From: Candidatus Eiseniibacteriota bacterium
GTDB taxonomy: Bacteria; Eisenbacteria; RBG-16-71-46; CAIMUX01; VGJL01
Assembly (NCBI GenBank): GCA_041946735.1
Contig: JBHGAY010000050.1
Coordinates: forward strand, 1-15,569
Length of the DNA stretch: 15,569 nt
Direction of reading: 5' to 3'
Shown here: in pieces, positions 7,347-15,569 of the stretch
Layout: every line of letters begins with the position of its first letter
Position numbering within the stretch: the stretch's first letter is position 1
The notes under the pieces: generated by a model
Database searches by the model: none
Seen by the model: only the letters and a program-made list of their open reading frames with translations
Told to the model about the DNA's origin: nothing
Program-made: the position numbers and the translations under genes

Positions 7347-7871
7347 ATGAAGCAGATGCCCTGGATCGAGCGGCGTTTCGATTTCGGCAAGCCTCCCTCG
7401 CTGTTCCCCGGGCTCATCGAACGATTGCGTGGGACCCCGGCGCGCGTGGAGGACCGGGTGCGGCGATTTCCGCCCGCGGTGCTTCGCGCGCGAGAAGGGA
7501 CGACCTGGTCGGTTCAGGAGAACGTGGGGCATCTGATCGAGGTCGAAAGCCTGTGGTTTCGGCGGCTCGATGACTATGCCGCGGGACGCGAGATGCTCCG
7601 GGCCGCGGATATGGAGAACCGGTCGACGAAGCAAGCGAGCTACAACGACCGGGAGATCGGCGAGATACTCTCCGGTTTCCGCGACATCCGCCGGAGGCTC
7701 GTCGAGCGGCTCGAAGCGCTCGACGATGCCGCGATCGAACGGTCGTCCCACCATCCGCGGCTGAACCGGCCGATGCGGGTGATCGACATGGTGGAGTTTG
7801 TGGCCGAGCACGACGACCACCACCTCGTGCGGATCTCGGAACTGATCCGCGCATTCGGAGCCGCCGAGTAG
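7347..7871 (+). CDS. DinB-superfamily (DinB_2/YfiT-like) metalloprotein, 174 aa
   Basis: GAGGAGG SD before ATG 7347; WSVQENVGHL and HDDHHL His-triad motifs. Confidence 0.85.
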   Translation: MKQMPWIERRFDFGKPPSLFPGLIERLRGTPARVEDRVRRFPPAVLRAREGTTWSVQENVGHLIEVESLWFRRLDDYAAGREMLRAADMENRSTKQASYNDREIGEILSGFRDIRRRLVERLEALDDAAIERSSHHPRLNRPMRVIDMVEFVAEHDDHHLVRISELIRAFGAAE

Positions 7872-7934
7872 AGGAGGTCGGCGAAGGCGCGGCCGCCGCC
7901 CGGCGCCGCGTGCCCGCCCCGCGCCCGCGCTCCG

Positions 7935-9022
7935 CTACGACGACCAGCGCTCGTAGGCGCCCGGAGCCGGGCCTCGATGATGCCCGGAGAGCACGATCCG
8001 CTCCGGCTTGACGAGCGAGTAGCCGCATTGCTGGCAGAGGGGAAGCGACCGGCTGAGAATCCCGCGCCGCAATGCACGGTAGCGCGCGCCGCGCCACACC
8101 GGCAGGAAGCCTCCGTCGCGAAAGGCGTTGCCCGCGACGTGGCGGCCATCGTAGTCGAAGCAGCAGATCACCACGTCGCCGTTGTACAAGACGGTCGACT
8201 GGAACGCCCAGTTGCAGATGCCGGGGCGGCGCAGCCGGTACCCCTCGCCACGCCGCTTGTACTGCACGACGGGGCTCTCGATCGGGAGAAACGCCTCGAG
8301 CAGCCTCGCGTGGTCCGCCTGGAAGAAGTCGTTCACGATGACCGGCACGAACGACACCTCATCGACGCCGAAGTCCCGGGCGATCTCGAGAATCCGGGGA
8401 ACCTCCGACTCGTTCTGCCTCATCACGACGAACTGGAGAATCACGCGCGGCGCCGAGCCGTTCGCGCGGACTCGCTCCCGCATCAGAACGTCCAGATTGT
8501 GCAGCACGCGGTCGAAGGCGGCTCCCCTCCTGTAATGAGCAAGGGTCTCGGTCGAGGCGCCGTCGAGGGCGAAGAGGACTTCATCCGGACGCGCGTCGAG
8601 TAGGGCACGGGCCTTGTCGATCGTCCCGTTCGTGCCGAGCGTCACCGAGATGCCGCTCTCTCCGACGCGAAGCGCACCATCTCCACGATCTGCGGATGGA
8701 GAAGCGTCTCGCCGGCGAAGTTCATCAGGATGCGTGAGACGAACGGGGAGACCTCGCGAATCAGCTTTCGGTACGGCTCAATTTCCATGTAGCCACGCGG
8801 GCGGGTCATGACGCCGGCCCCCACGGGACAGAGCGGGCAGTGCAGGTTGCACGCGTTCGTCGCCTCGATCATCAGGAGCCGCGGCGGCCGGCGCTCGAGG
8901 AGGTGCAGCGGCAGACATCGCAGGATCTGCCGCCGGGGAGCGGACGGCGTGCGAGAGAGAATGTGATTCAGGGAGTGGAAGCCAGCGCGAGTCACAGCAT
9001 GGGTAATCGATGGGAGGCTCAT
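7935..9022 (-). pseudogene. Radical SAM protein with C-terminal SPASM/twitch domain, split by a frameshift (real or sequencing error)
   Basis: ATG 9022 with GGAG SD; CNLHCPLC in the 5' frame; TNG, ALDG and C…GDVVICC…CQQC in the 3' frame; frame change near CTCTCTC 8656-8662. Confidence 0.8.
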
Positions 9023-9086
9023 TCGTGCTCCGTTCGGATCGTTTGCGTGTTCGATCGCTATTCGGTTGCGTCGGTTGACCGCCGTC

Positions 9087-9095
9087 GAGTGTACC
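9087..9095 (-). promoter_or_regulatory. Extended -10 promoter candidate for the radical SAM gene
   Basis: Minus-strand TGgTACACT about 65 nt upstream of ATG 9022. Confidence 0.45.
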
Positions 9096-9137
9096 ACGTC
9101 CACCGCACGTCGCCGTACGGAGAATCGGCCGGCGAGA

Positions 9138-9146
9138 TGCTATGCT
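9138..9146 (+). promoter_or_regulatory. Extended -10 promoter candidate for the RMD1-family gene
   Basis: TGcTATGCT, divergent from the 9087-9095 element. Confidence 0.45.
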
Positions 9147-9245
9147 CCGGAACTACGGCCGCGGAAGCGGAACACGCGCTTGAGCGCGTCGCCTGGGCGG
9201 CGGCGTGCGACCGAGCGGCTCGACCGCGATGGCAAGGAGGCGAAG

Positions 9246-10262
9246 GTGGGCAGGCGCAGCACGCCAGGACGGAGAGGAGGAATTCCCTGGCCGGTGGCGG
9301 GTCTCCCTCTGCGCCAGCCCGCGGCGGAAGCCTCGGTGGATCCTGGGGCCGAGACGAAGCGGCGAGAGCCAACGCGCGGGGGCGAGAACGGTCAGACGAG
9401 TGCCGCGGCGGCACGGCCCGCAGGAGGCGAGTCGCCTTCGGCGCGGCGACGAATCCGCCGGCTCGTCGGCTTGCCGAACCGCATCTCGGTCCTCTCCGAC
9501 TACTTCGACGGTCCGCTGAACGTGCGCGTCTTCCGCGCGCAGTACCCGCACTACCGAGTGCTGGCGAGCGATCCGCTCCTGATCGAGCCGGAGCACGGAA
9601 GCCTCATCGTCCTGACGAAGTTCGGCGGCCTGGTCTACTGGAACTGCAGCGAGGCGCTGATCCGGCAGATCCGCGAGGAGGTGCGGCGGCTTCCCGGCAT
9701 CCGCGAGCTGTGCGAGGAGGTGTCGGACCGGATCGAGGTCGAGGTCGGGCCGCGCACCGAGGTGCAGTTCGAGCGGATCGCGCTCCGCGAGATCAACACC
9801 GATACGGTGCGGATCGTGTCGCGGGCGCTCGCGCAATCGGTCGCGCTGGAGCTGTTCGAGATCCGGCTGAACGATGCGCTCGCGAAGGCCGAGCCGGTCG
9901 TCGCTCGCCTTCGGGACTCGGGAGCCCTTAGCCTCAATGAGCGAGAGGTGGTGCAGTCGGTCGGCTTCGCTCTCGCGACGCGCTCCAACGTGCTCGCGAA
10001 CCTGACCCTCTTCGACGATCCTCCCGAGGCGTGGGAGAGCGCCTCCATCGCGCGGCTCGTCGCGCAGCTCTGGGACTACTTCGACCTCGACGAGCGTCTC
10101 GACGCCATCAATCAGAAGGTGGGATTCCTCTCCGACCTGAACGCCACACTCCTCGGCCTGCAGAACAATCGGAAGAGCCGGCGGCTGGAGTGGATCATCA
10201 TCGTCCTGATCTTCCTGGAAATCGTCTTCTTCGTCTGGTTGGAGCTGGGGCGCCGGCTCTAG
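9246..10262 (+). CDS. RMD1/DUF155 (YagE-like) family protein with C-terminal TM helix; start uncertain
   Basis: In-frame GTG 9246 five nt after AAGGAGG (alternatives GTG 9294, 9336); motifs FGGLVYWN, SRALAQSVALE, DDPPEAWE, FDLDERLDAINQK, RLEWIIIVLI. Confidence 0.8.
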   Translation: MGRRSTPGRRGGIPWPVAGLPLRQPAAEASVDPGAETKRREPTRGGENGQTSAAAARPAGGESPSARRRIRRLVGLPNRISVLSDYFDGPLNVRVFRAQYPHYRVLASDPLLIEPEHGSLIVLTKFGGLVYWNCSEALIRQIREEVRRLPGIRELCEEVSDRIEVEVGPRTEVQFERIALREINTDTVRIVSRALAQSVALELFEIRLNDALAKAEPVVARLRDSGALSLNEREVVQSVGFALATRSNVLANLTLFDDPPEAWESASIARLVAQLWDYFDLDERLDAINQKVGFLSDLNATLLGLQNNRKSRRLEWIIIVLIFLEIVFFVWLELGRRL

Positions 10263-10410
10263 ATTTTCCGCCTCGTTCCGGGCGGCCCCCGGAGGCAGAG
10301 CCTCCACCTTCCCCAATCCGACGCGCGTCTCCCATCCGGCACGGGCGCGGGCACGGGCGCGGGCAAGGCCCGGCGCTTGCACATGGAGTGCGGCGCGAGA
10401 CGGATGGATC

Positions 10411-10419
10411 TGCTACAAT
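10411..10419 (+). promoter_or_regulatory. Extended -10 promoter candidate
   Basis: TGcTACAAT about 40 nt upstream of ATG 10459. Confidence 0.55.
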
Positions 10420-10458
10420 CCTTCGGCGCAGGGATGACACCTAAGGGAGGCCCGCCCC

Positions 10459-12045
10459 ATGAAAACGATTGCGCTCGCTTCGGCAATTCTGTGTCTTGCT
10501 CTGCTTGCCGCCGCCGGGGCCAGCCGTGCCGGGACCGTCGTCTCCGGGTCCGTGAGCGGCGTCTGGGACCTCGCCGGGAGCCCGTACTGGGTCGAGGGGG
10601 ATCTGGCCGTCACGGCCGGGCAGACGCTCACCATCGAGCCGGCGGTCGAGGTGCGCTTCCGAGGCCCGTATGCGATGCGTGTCGCGGGGACGCTCCTCGC
10701 CGTCGGCACCGAAGCCGACTCGATCCTCTTCACTCGCGACCAGCCGATCGCCGCCCATCGTTGGCACGGGATCGACATGGTCGGCGCAGGCGCATCGACC
10801 GAGATCGCCTACGCCCGTGTGGAATACGTCCGCGCTCCCGACGCCTACCCCGACGTGCGGGGCGGAGCGATGTATGTCGAGGAGTGCTCGCCGCACATCC
10901 ATCACTGCCTGTTGCAGAACAACGAGTCGCACAACGCGAACCAGAACGGGATGGGGGGAGGCGTTGCCTGCATCTCCTCCTCCGCGGTCATCGAGTTCTG
11001 CGTGATCCGCCACAACACGGCCGACTCTGGCGGCGGGATCTGCACCCTCGAGTACGGCACGGAGATCATCCGGAACAACCGGATCGAGGGGAACACGGCG
11101 CCTTATTGCGGCGGCGGCATCTACGCAGGGGTGCGCTCCTCGCCGGTCATCGAGAACAACGTGATCGCCGGCAACAGCGCGCAGGGTTGGGGGGGAGGCG
11201 GCATCACCCTCTGGAACTGGTACGCGGTCTTCGGACAGAGCAAGACGGTGCGGAACAACGTGATCGCCGGCAACACGACCGGTGTCGTGGGAGGCGGCTT
11301 CTACATCCGCTACGACACCTCGATCCTCGAGAACAACACGGTGATCGGAAACCATGCGACGGGCGGCGGGGGTGGCGTCTACGTGCTCAACGCCGGCTAT
11401 GGAGACTATCCGCCCGAGCTGAGGAACTTCGTGATCTGGGGCAACACGGGTCCCGATCCCTCCATCCGCCTCGAGTCCTCGACCGGGTCGGCGGCCTTCG
11501 TCGTCTACTCCGATGTCGAGGGAGGATTCGCGGGAACGGGGAACCTTGACGAGGATCCCCTGCTGGCGGACGAGATGGGGCACCTGGGACCGGGAAGTCC
11601 CTGCATCGACGCCGGGGATCCGTCTCCCGCCTTCGAGGACGAGTGCTTCCCTCCCTCGCTCGGCGGCGCGCGCAACGACATGGGCGCGTTCGGCGGGCCG
11701 GGCGCTTGCGGTTGGCCGGACGAGACGGCCGATGCCGCCGGTCCGCCTCCGTCGCTCGTCGCCTCTCTCCGGATCGCCGCCGCTCCGAACCCGTGCCGCG
11801 ACGGCACGTCGATCCGGTTTCGTCTCGACCACAACGGTCCGGTGGAGCTGCGCGTGTACGACCCCGCCGGACGCCTCGTCCGGACCCTCGAGTCCGGGAG
11901 GGGCTTTGGCTCGGGGGAGCAGAGCGTCCGATGGGATGGAAAGGACGACCGGGGCCGCGCGGTCGCCACAGGAATCTACATGATCCGGTTGCGTTCCGAC
12001 GATGGTGGAAGGCCTGTGACATTGAGGGTGTCCGTTTTGCGCTAG
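10459..12045 (+). CDS. Secreted right-handed parallel beta-helix protein with C-terminal FlgD-Ig/T9SS-like domain
   Basis: GGGAGG SD; signal peptide ending ASRA; repeated NNxIxGNxA..GGGI; SPCIDAGDP…DMGAFGG; tail PNP…VYDPAGRLVRTL…WDGKDDRGRAVATGIY. Confidence 0.85.
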   Translation: MKTIALASAILCLALLAAAGASRAGTVVSGSVSGVWDLAGSPYWVEGDLAVTAGQTLTIEPAVEVRFRGPYAMRVAGTLLAVGTEADSILFTRDQPIAAHRWHGIDMVGAGASTEIAYARVEYVRAPDAYPDVRGGAMYVEECSPHIHHCLLQNNESHNANQNGMGGGVACISSSAVIEFCVIRHNTADSGGGICTLEYGTEIIRNNRIEGNTAPYCGGGIYAGVRSSPVIENNVIAGNSAQGWGGGGITLWNWYAVFGQSKTVRNNVIAGNTTGVVGGGFYIRYDTSILENNTVIGNHATGGGGGVYVLNAGYGDYPPELRNFVIWGNTGPDPSIRLESSTGSAAFVVYSDVEGGFAGTGNLDEDPLLADEMGHLGPGSPCIDAGDPSPAFEDECFPPSLGGARNDMGAFGGPGACGWPDETADAAGPPPSLVASLRIAAAPNPCRDGTSIRFRLDHNGPVELRVYDPAGRLVRTLESGRGFGSGEQSVRWDGKDDRGRAVATGIYMIRLRSDDGGRPVTLRVSVLR

Positions 12046-12055
12046 GAGGTTGGCC

Positions 12056-13486
12056 GTGAATCGCATTCGTTCCCTCGACGTGGTCGGGGCGGCGATCCTG
12101 CTCTGGCTCGCGTACGCAGTCGTCCTGCCGGGCGCCTGCCTGGCCTGGACGATCGAGACCGTGGAGGGCAATGTCGTCGGCGCCTACTCGAACCTGAAGA
12201 TCGGGCCGGGCGACGTGATTCACATCGCGCACTTCGCAGGGGCCTCCGGGACCTGCCGCTACTCCTATCACAGCGGCAGCTCATGGACGAACGAGCCGTT
12301 GGACTCCCAGTACCTGTCCGGGCATTATCCCTCGCTTGCGCTCGGCCACTCCGGAGACCCGCACGCCGCCTATCGCTTCTACTCGGGCCGGTCGATCCGC
12401 TACGCCTCTCGCTCCATTACCGGGTGGACCTACACGGAGTTCGAGACCGATCCGGACATGGAAGCGGACATTTCGCTCGCGCTCGATAGCGCGGAACGTC
12501 CCCACGTCGCCTTCTGGGACGGCGAGTTCGCGGGGGAGGCGAACGACCTCAAGTACGCTTCGTTCGACGGCGTCCAGTGGACGTCCGAGGTGGTCGACTC
12601 CGAGGGGGATGTCGGCAGGGGCTGCTCGCTTGCGATCGATTCACAGGATCATCCGCACATCTCCTACTACGACGTCACGAACCTCTCGCTGAAGCACGCG
12701 ACCTTCGACGGCTCGCAATGGATCGTCGAGACGGTCGACGACGACCTGGTGGCGATCGTGTTCAACTTCCGGACGGCGATCGCCGTCGACTCGCACGACC
12801 GCGTCCACATCGCGTATTCCGCCTATCATTACGAGGCGCCCGACTGGATGGGGCAGATGAAGTACGCGCGGAACGACGGCTCCGGCTGGTCGATCCAGGT
12901 GGTCGAGCAGGCGCTCCGGACGCGCGACTACAGGATCCCGGCGATCGTCACCGACAGCGAGGACATGCCGAGGATCACCTACCTGCACTATTACAATGTC
13001 GAGACCAACCCGAGCGAGCTGCGCTACGCGTTCCCGATGGGAGCGACCTGGGTCGCGGAGACGATCGACACGGGAATCCCCGACAGCCAGTATTCGAACT
13101 CGATCGACGTGGATTCGCACGGCCAGCCGCACGTCTCCTACGCCTCCGACGCCTACACGCTGAAGCATGCGGTCGGGGAGATGCCGGTCAGCGTCGAGGA
13201 TCCCCTCCTTGCGGTCGCGGCCGGATGGAGTCTCGCCCTGCCCTTCCCGAATCCGTCGAACTTGAAGACCGGTCCCGCGTCGATCGCATTCTCTCTCGAT
13301 CGCGAGACGGCGCTCGATCTCGGCCTGTTCGACGTGGCCGGACGGCGGCTGGCGACCCTGGCTCGCGGCAGCCGCGCGGCCGGACTTCACTCGGTCCCGA
13401 TCGATCTGTGGCTCGCCCCCGGGACGTACCTCTGCCGCATGACGGTGGGGACGAGGCAGCAGACGCGCAAGCTGGTCGTGCGGTAG
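12056..13486 (+). CDS. Secreted beta-propeller-like repeat protein with C-terminal T9SS/FlgD-like sorting domain
   Basis: AGGAGG at 12044-12049 favours GTG 12056 over TTG 12050; signal peptide (…ACLA); about 7 repeats of SLAxDSxxxPHIxY…LKYA…W..ETVD; tail PNP…FDVAGRRLATL…PGTY…KLVVR. Confidence 0.8.
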   Translation: MNRIRSLDVVGAAILLWLAYAVVLPGACLAWTIETVEGNVVGAYSNLKIGPGDVIHIAHFAGASGTCRYSYHSGSSWTNEPLDSQYLSGHYPSLALGHSGDPHAAYRFYSGRSIRYASRSITGWTYTEFETDPDMEADISLALDSAERPHVAFWDGEFAGEANDLKYASFDGVQWTSEVVDSEGDVGRGCSLAIDSQDHPHISYYDVTNLSLKHATFDGSQWIVETVDDDLVAIVFNFRTAIAVDSHDRVHIAYSAYHYEAPDWMGQMKYARNDGSGWSIQVVEQALRTRDYRIPAIVTDSEDMPRITYLHYYNVETNPSELRYAFPMGATWVAETIDTGIPDSQYSNSIDVDSHGQPHVSYASDAYTLKHAVGEMPVSVEDPLLAVAAGWSLALPFPNPSNLKTGPASIAFSLDRETALDLGLFDVAGRRLATLARGSRAAGLHSVPIDLWLAPGTYLCRMTVGTRQQTRKLVVR

Positions 13487-13505
13487 GGGGCGTCGCTTGT
13501 TGCGC

Positions 13506-13547
13506 CGCCGGTCGGGCGCCGCCGGAGGGCGGGCGGGCCGACCGGCG
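13506..13547. terminator. GC-rich hairpin between convergent genes (no U-tract)
   Basis: CGCCGGTCGG (13506-13515) / CCGACCGGCG (13538-13547), plus an inner CCGCC-GGAG-GGCGG stem-loop. Confidence 0.5.
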
Positions 13548-13579
13548 ACCGAGCTGACCGGCGACCGGGCCGCGGCGGG

Positions 13580-15385
13580 TCAACGATTCACGAGGACGAT
13601 CCGTTTGACGGCGCTCGATCTGCCCTGCGTGAGCCGAAGGAAGTAGACGCCGGCCGGGGCGAGACGGCCGCTCGGGTCGCGCCCGTCCCATTCGACGGAA
13701 CCGTCCGGCGATGTGGCGCCGGCCGGCCCTCGAGCATCGACCGTCCGACTCCAGACCAGCCGCCCGGTCACGTCGCGCACTTCGATTTGCGCGACTGAGT
13801 CCGCAACCTCGCGGGACGACGCGCCGTGCCCACGGAGCTCGTAGGCGATGCCGACCGGAACGGCTGCAGGATTGGCCGTCCGGATGGAGAGGGATCGCGC
13901 AGGACCCCCCAAGCCCGGATCGGGCTCGGAGACGGCGGCCGGATCGAGGGCTCTGTAGACGACGACGGCGAACCCCGCTCCTTGGTCGTCGAACTGCGGA
14001 GCGCCGGCCAGGATGTCGGCGCGGCCGTCGCCGTTCAGATCGCCCGCGTTCGCCACCGATAGCCCGAGCTGATCGGGGCCCGGACCGCCGGTGACGAAGA
14101 GATCCGCGCTCGAGGCGGAACGAGCGCCGGCGAGCGGGCCGCGGAAGAGATAGGCGCGGCCGGCGCGCGTCCCTCCGGCGTTGTCGTCCCAGGCTCCCGC
14201 GAGAACCGCGCCTGCGCCATGACCGCTGTCGCCTGGCAAGACCGCGACGGCGTTACCGAAGACGTCGCCCGGTTCCTCGCCGGTCAGGATCGCGTCCGCC
14301 GAGCCTGCCTGGATCACGGCGTCGAGAGGGGAGAGCATCACGTAGGCCTTTCCCGGTCCGCCTTCGAAGATCTGCGGCGCGCCCGCCACCAGGTCGCCGA
14401 GACCGTCGCCGTCGACGTCCCCGATCGCGACCGAGGTCCCGAAGGCGTCGCTCAGGTCTTCTCCGAAGACAGTCACCTCCGCCTGTTCCGCGTTCCGCGG
14501 TCCCCCTTCGATCGGACCGAAGAAGACATAGGTCCTTCCGGTGTCCGCGCCATTCACCGGAGGGCGAGGGGCGCCGATCGCGAGGTCGTCGACGCCATCG
14601 CCGTTGAGGTCGCCGATCGCAAGCGAGGATCCGAGCTCTTCGTTGAAGAGGACTCCGGTGATCGACGCGCTGGCGCCGGCGGTTCCCAGAGAGCCGTCGA
14701 CCGGGCCGAAGTAGACATAGACGGCGCCCGAGCTGATCGGGCCCTGGGACGCGAGCGGCGCGGCTATGACGAGGTCATCGTGTCCGTCGCCGTTCAAGTC
14801 CCCGGCCGCCACGGCGCGCCCCAACTCGTCGAACTCGTCTCCCGAGACGATCACGTCGGCGCTCGTCGCCGGGCGGTCCCCGTGCAGAGGCCCGCGGAAC
14901 ACGTAGGCGCGGCCTGCCTGGATCCCATTGCCGTCGTTGCTCCGCGCTCCAACGATCAGGTCATCGAAGCCGTCGCCGTCGATGTCGAAACCGCCCGCCG
15001 CAGAGAAGCCGAGATTGTCTCCGAACGCCTCGGCGGTGATCGTCGCATCGGCGTGGGATGCGTCGAGCTGCGAATCGAGCGGACCGTAGAACAAATATGC
15101 GCGGCCGGCCCAGTCCGCGAAGCCATGGTAGGAAGGGGCGGTGACGAGAAGGTCCGGCTCGCCATCCCCGTTCACGTCGCCGGCCGGGCAGACCGCCCAT
15201 CCGAAGTCATCGCGCGGCTCTTCGCCGTGCACGATGACGTCGGGGGGCGCTTCGGCGGCGCGGGCGGGGAGTGGGGAGAGTTGCGGCGCGAGGAGCAGGA
15301 GCAAGGCGGCCGCAGCGGTGGCCGCGGCGGTGACTGTGGAAGTGGCCGGAGCGGCGGCGAGCCGTCCGGACCGATCGAATCGCAT
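13580..15385 (-). CDS. Secreted FG-GAP (integrin-alpha-like beta-propeller) protein with C-terminal FlgD-Ig domain, 601 aa
   Basis: Start reassigned to ATG 15385 after AAGGAG SD; signal peptide ending PARA; seven FG…GDxNGDGxxDLxxGAP…GxxYVFxGP-type repeats; tail RDVTGRLV…WDGRDPSGRLAPAGVYF. Confidence 0.9.
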   Translation of the reverse strand: MRFDRSGRLAAAPATSTVTAAATAAAALLLLLAPQLSPLPARAAEAPPDVIVHGEEPRDDFGWAVCPAGDVNGDGEPDLLVTAPSYHGFADWAGRAYLFYGPLDSQLDASHADATITAEAFGDNLGFSAAGGFDIDGDGFDDLIVGARSNDGNGIQAGRAYVFRGPLHGDRPATSADVIVSGDEFDELGRAVAAGDLNGDGHDDLVIAAPLASQGPISSGAVYVYFGPVDGSLGTAGASASITGVLFNEELGSSLAIGDLNGDGVDDLAIGAPRPPVNGADTGRTYVFFGPIEGGPRNAEQAEVTVFGEDLSDAFGTSVAIGDVDGDGLGDLVAGAPQIFEGGPGKAYVMLSPLDAVIQAGSADAILTGEEPGDVFGNAVAVLPGDSGHGAGAVLAGAWDDNAGGTRAGRAYLFRGPLAGARSASSADLFVTGGPGPDQLGLSVANAGDLNGDGRADILAGAPQFDDQGAGFAVVVYRALDPAAVSEPDPGLGGPARSLSIRTANPAAVPVGIAYELRGHGASSREVADSVAQIEVRDVTGRLVWSRTVDARGPAGATSPDGSVEWDGRDPSGRLAPAGVYFLRLTQGRSSAVKRIVLVNR

Positions 15386-15480
15386 GAACGTTCTCCTTCT
15401 TTCCGGGCGCGGTATGCGGTGTTCGCAGGATGGGCCGTCCGAGAGACGACACGGAACTCGTGAATCCGGCGGCACGGAAT

Positions 15481-15537
15481 GGGCGCGAAAGCGGGACGCC
15501 GGGGGGTGGGGGTCTCGATCGTCCCGCCCTCGCGCCC
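15481..15537 (-). other. 18-bp stem-loop upstream of the FG-GAP gene
   Basis: Arms 15481-15498 and 15520-15537; 16 Watson-Crick pairs plus 2 positions that are G-U only on the minus strand. Confidence 0.6.
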
Positions 15538-15569
15538 GCACACTGGTCGCGAAGGAAAGGGAGGCTGAT

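Noticed and set aside
10338..10373. 12-bp direct repeat GGCACGGGCGCG x2 plus a degenerate copy
   Set aside because: Too short and GC-rich to assign a function.

Overview
High-GC bacterial chromosomal window. Three secreted proteins with C-terminal FlgD-Ig/T9SS-like tails suggest an FCB-group lineage such as Ca. Eisenbacteria (inference). Gene content: a two-gene cytochrome bd-like oxidoreductase whose first subunit is fused to a monohaem cytochrome c; a convergent AurF-like diiron protein; a non-coding array of about 11-12 x 43-bp tandem repeats; a DUF1579-like exported protein; an F420_oxidored-family reductase; a clade-D beta-carbonic anhydrase; a DinB-family protein; a frameshifted radical SAM/SPASM gene; an RMD1/DUF155 protein; and three secreted repeat proteins (beta-helix, beta-propeller, FG-GAP). 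The most notable signal is absent from the ORF track: a near-leaderless 25-aa ORF (6418-6495) with four consecutive Cys codons, mutually exclusive RNA pairings and a terminator hairpin upstream of the carbonic anhydrase. It looks like a cysteine-sensing transcription attenuator controlling a possible COS/CS2-type sulfur-scavenging enzyme. All family assignments are from motif recognition, not database searches.
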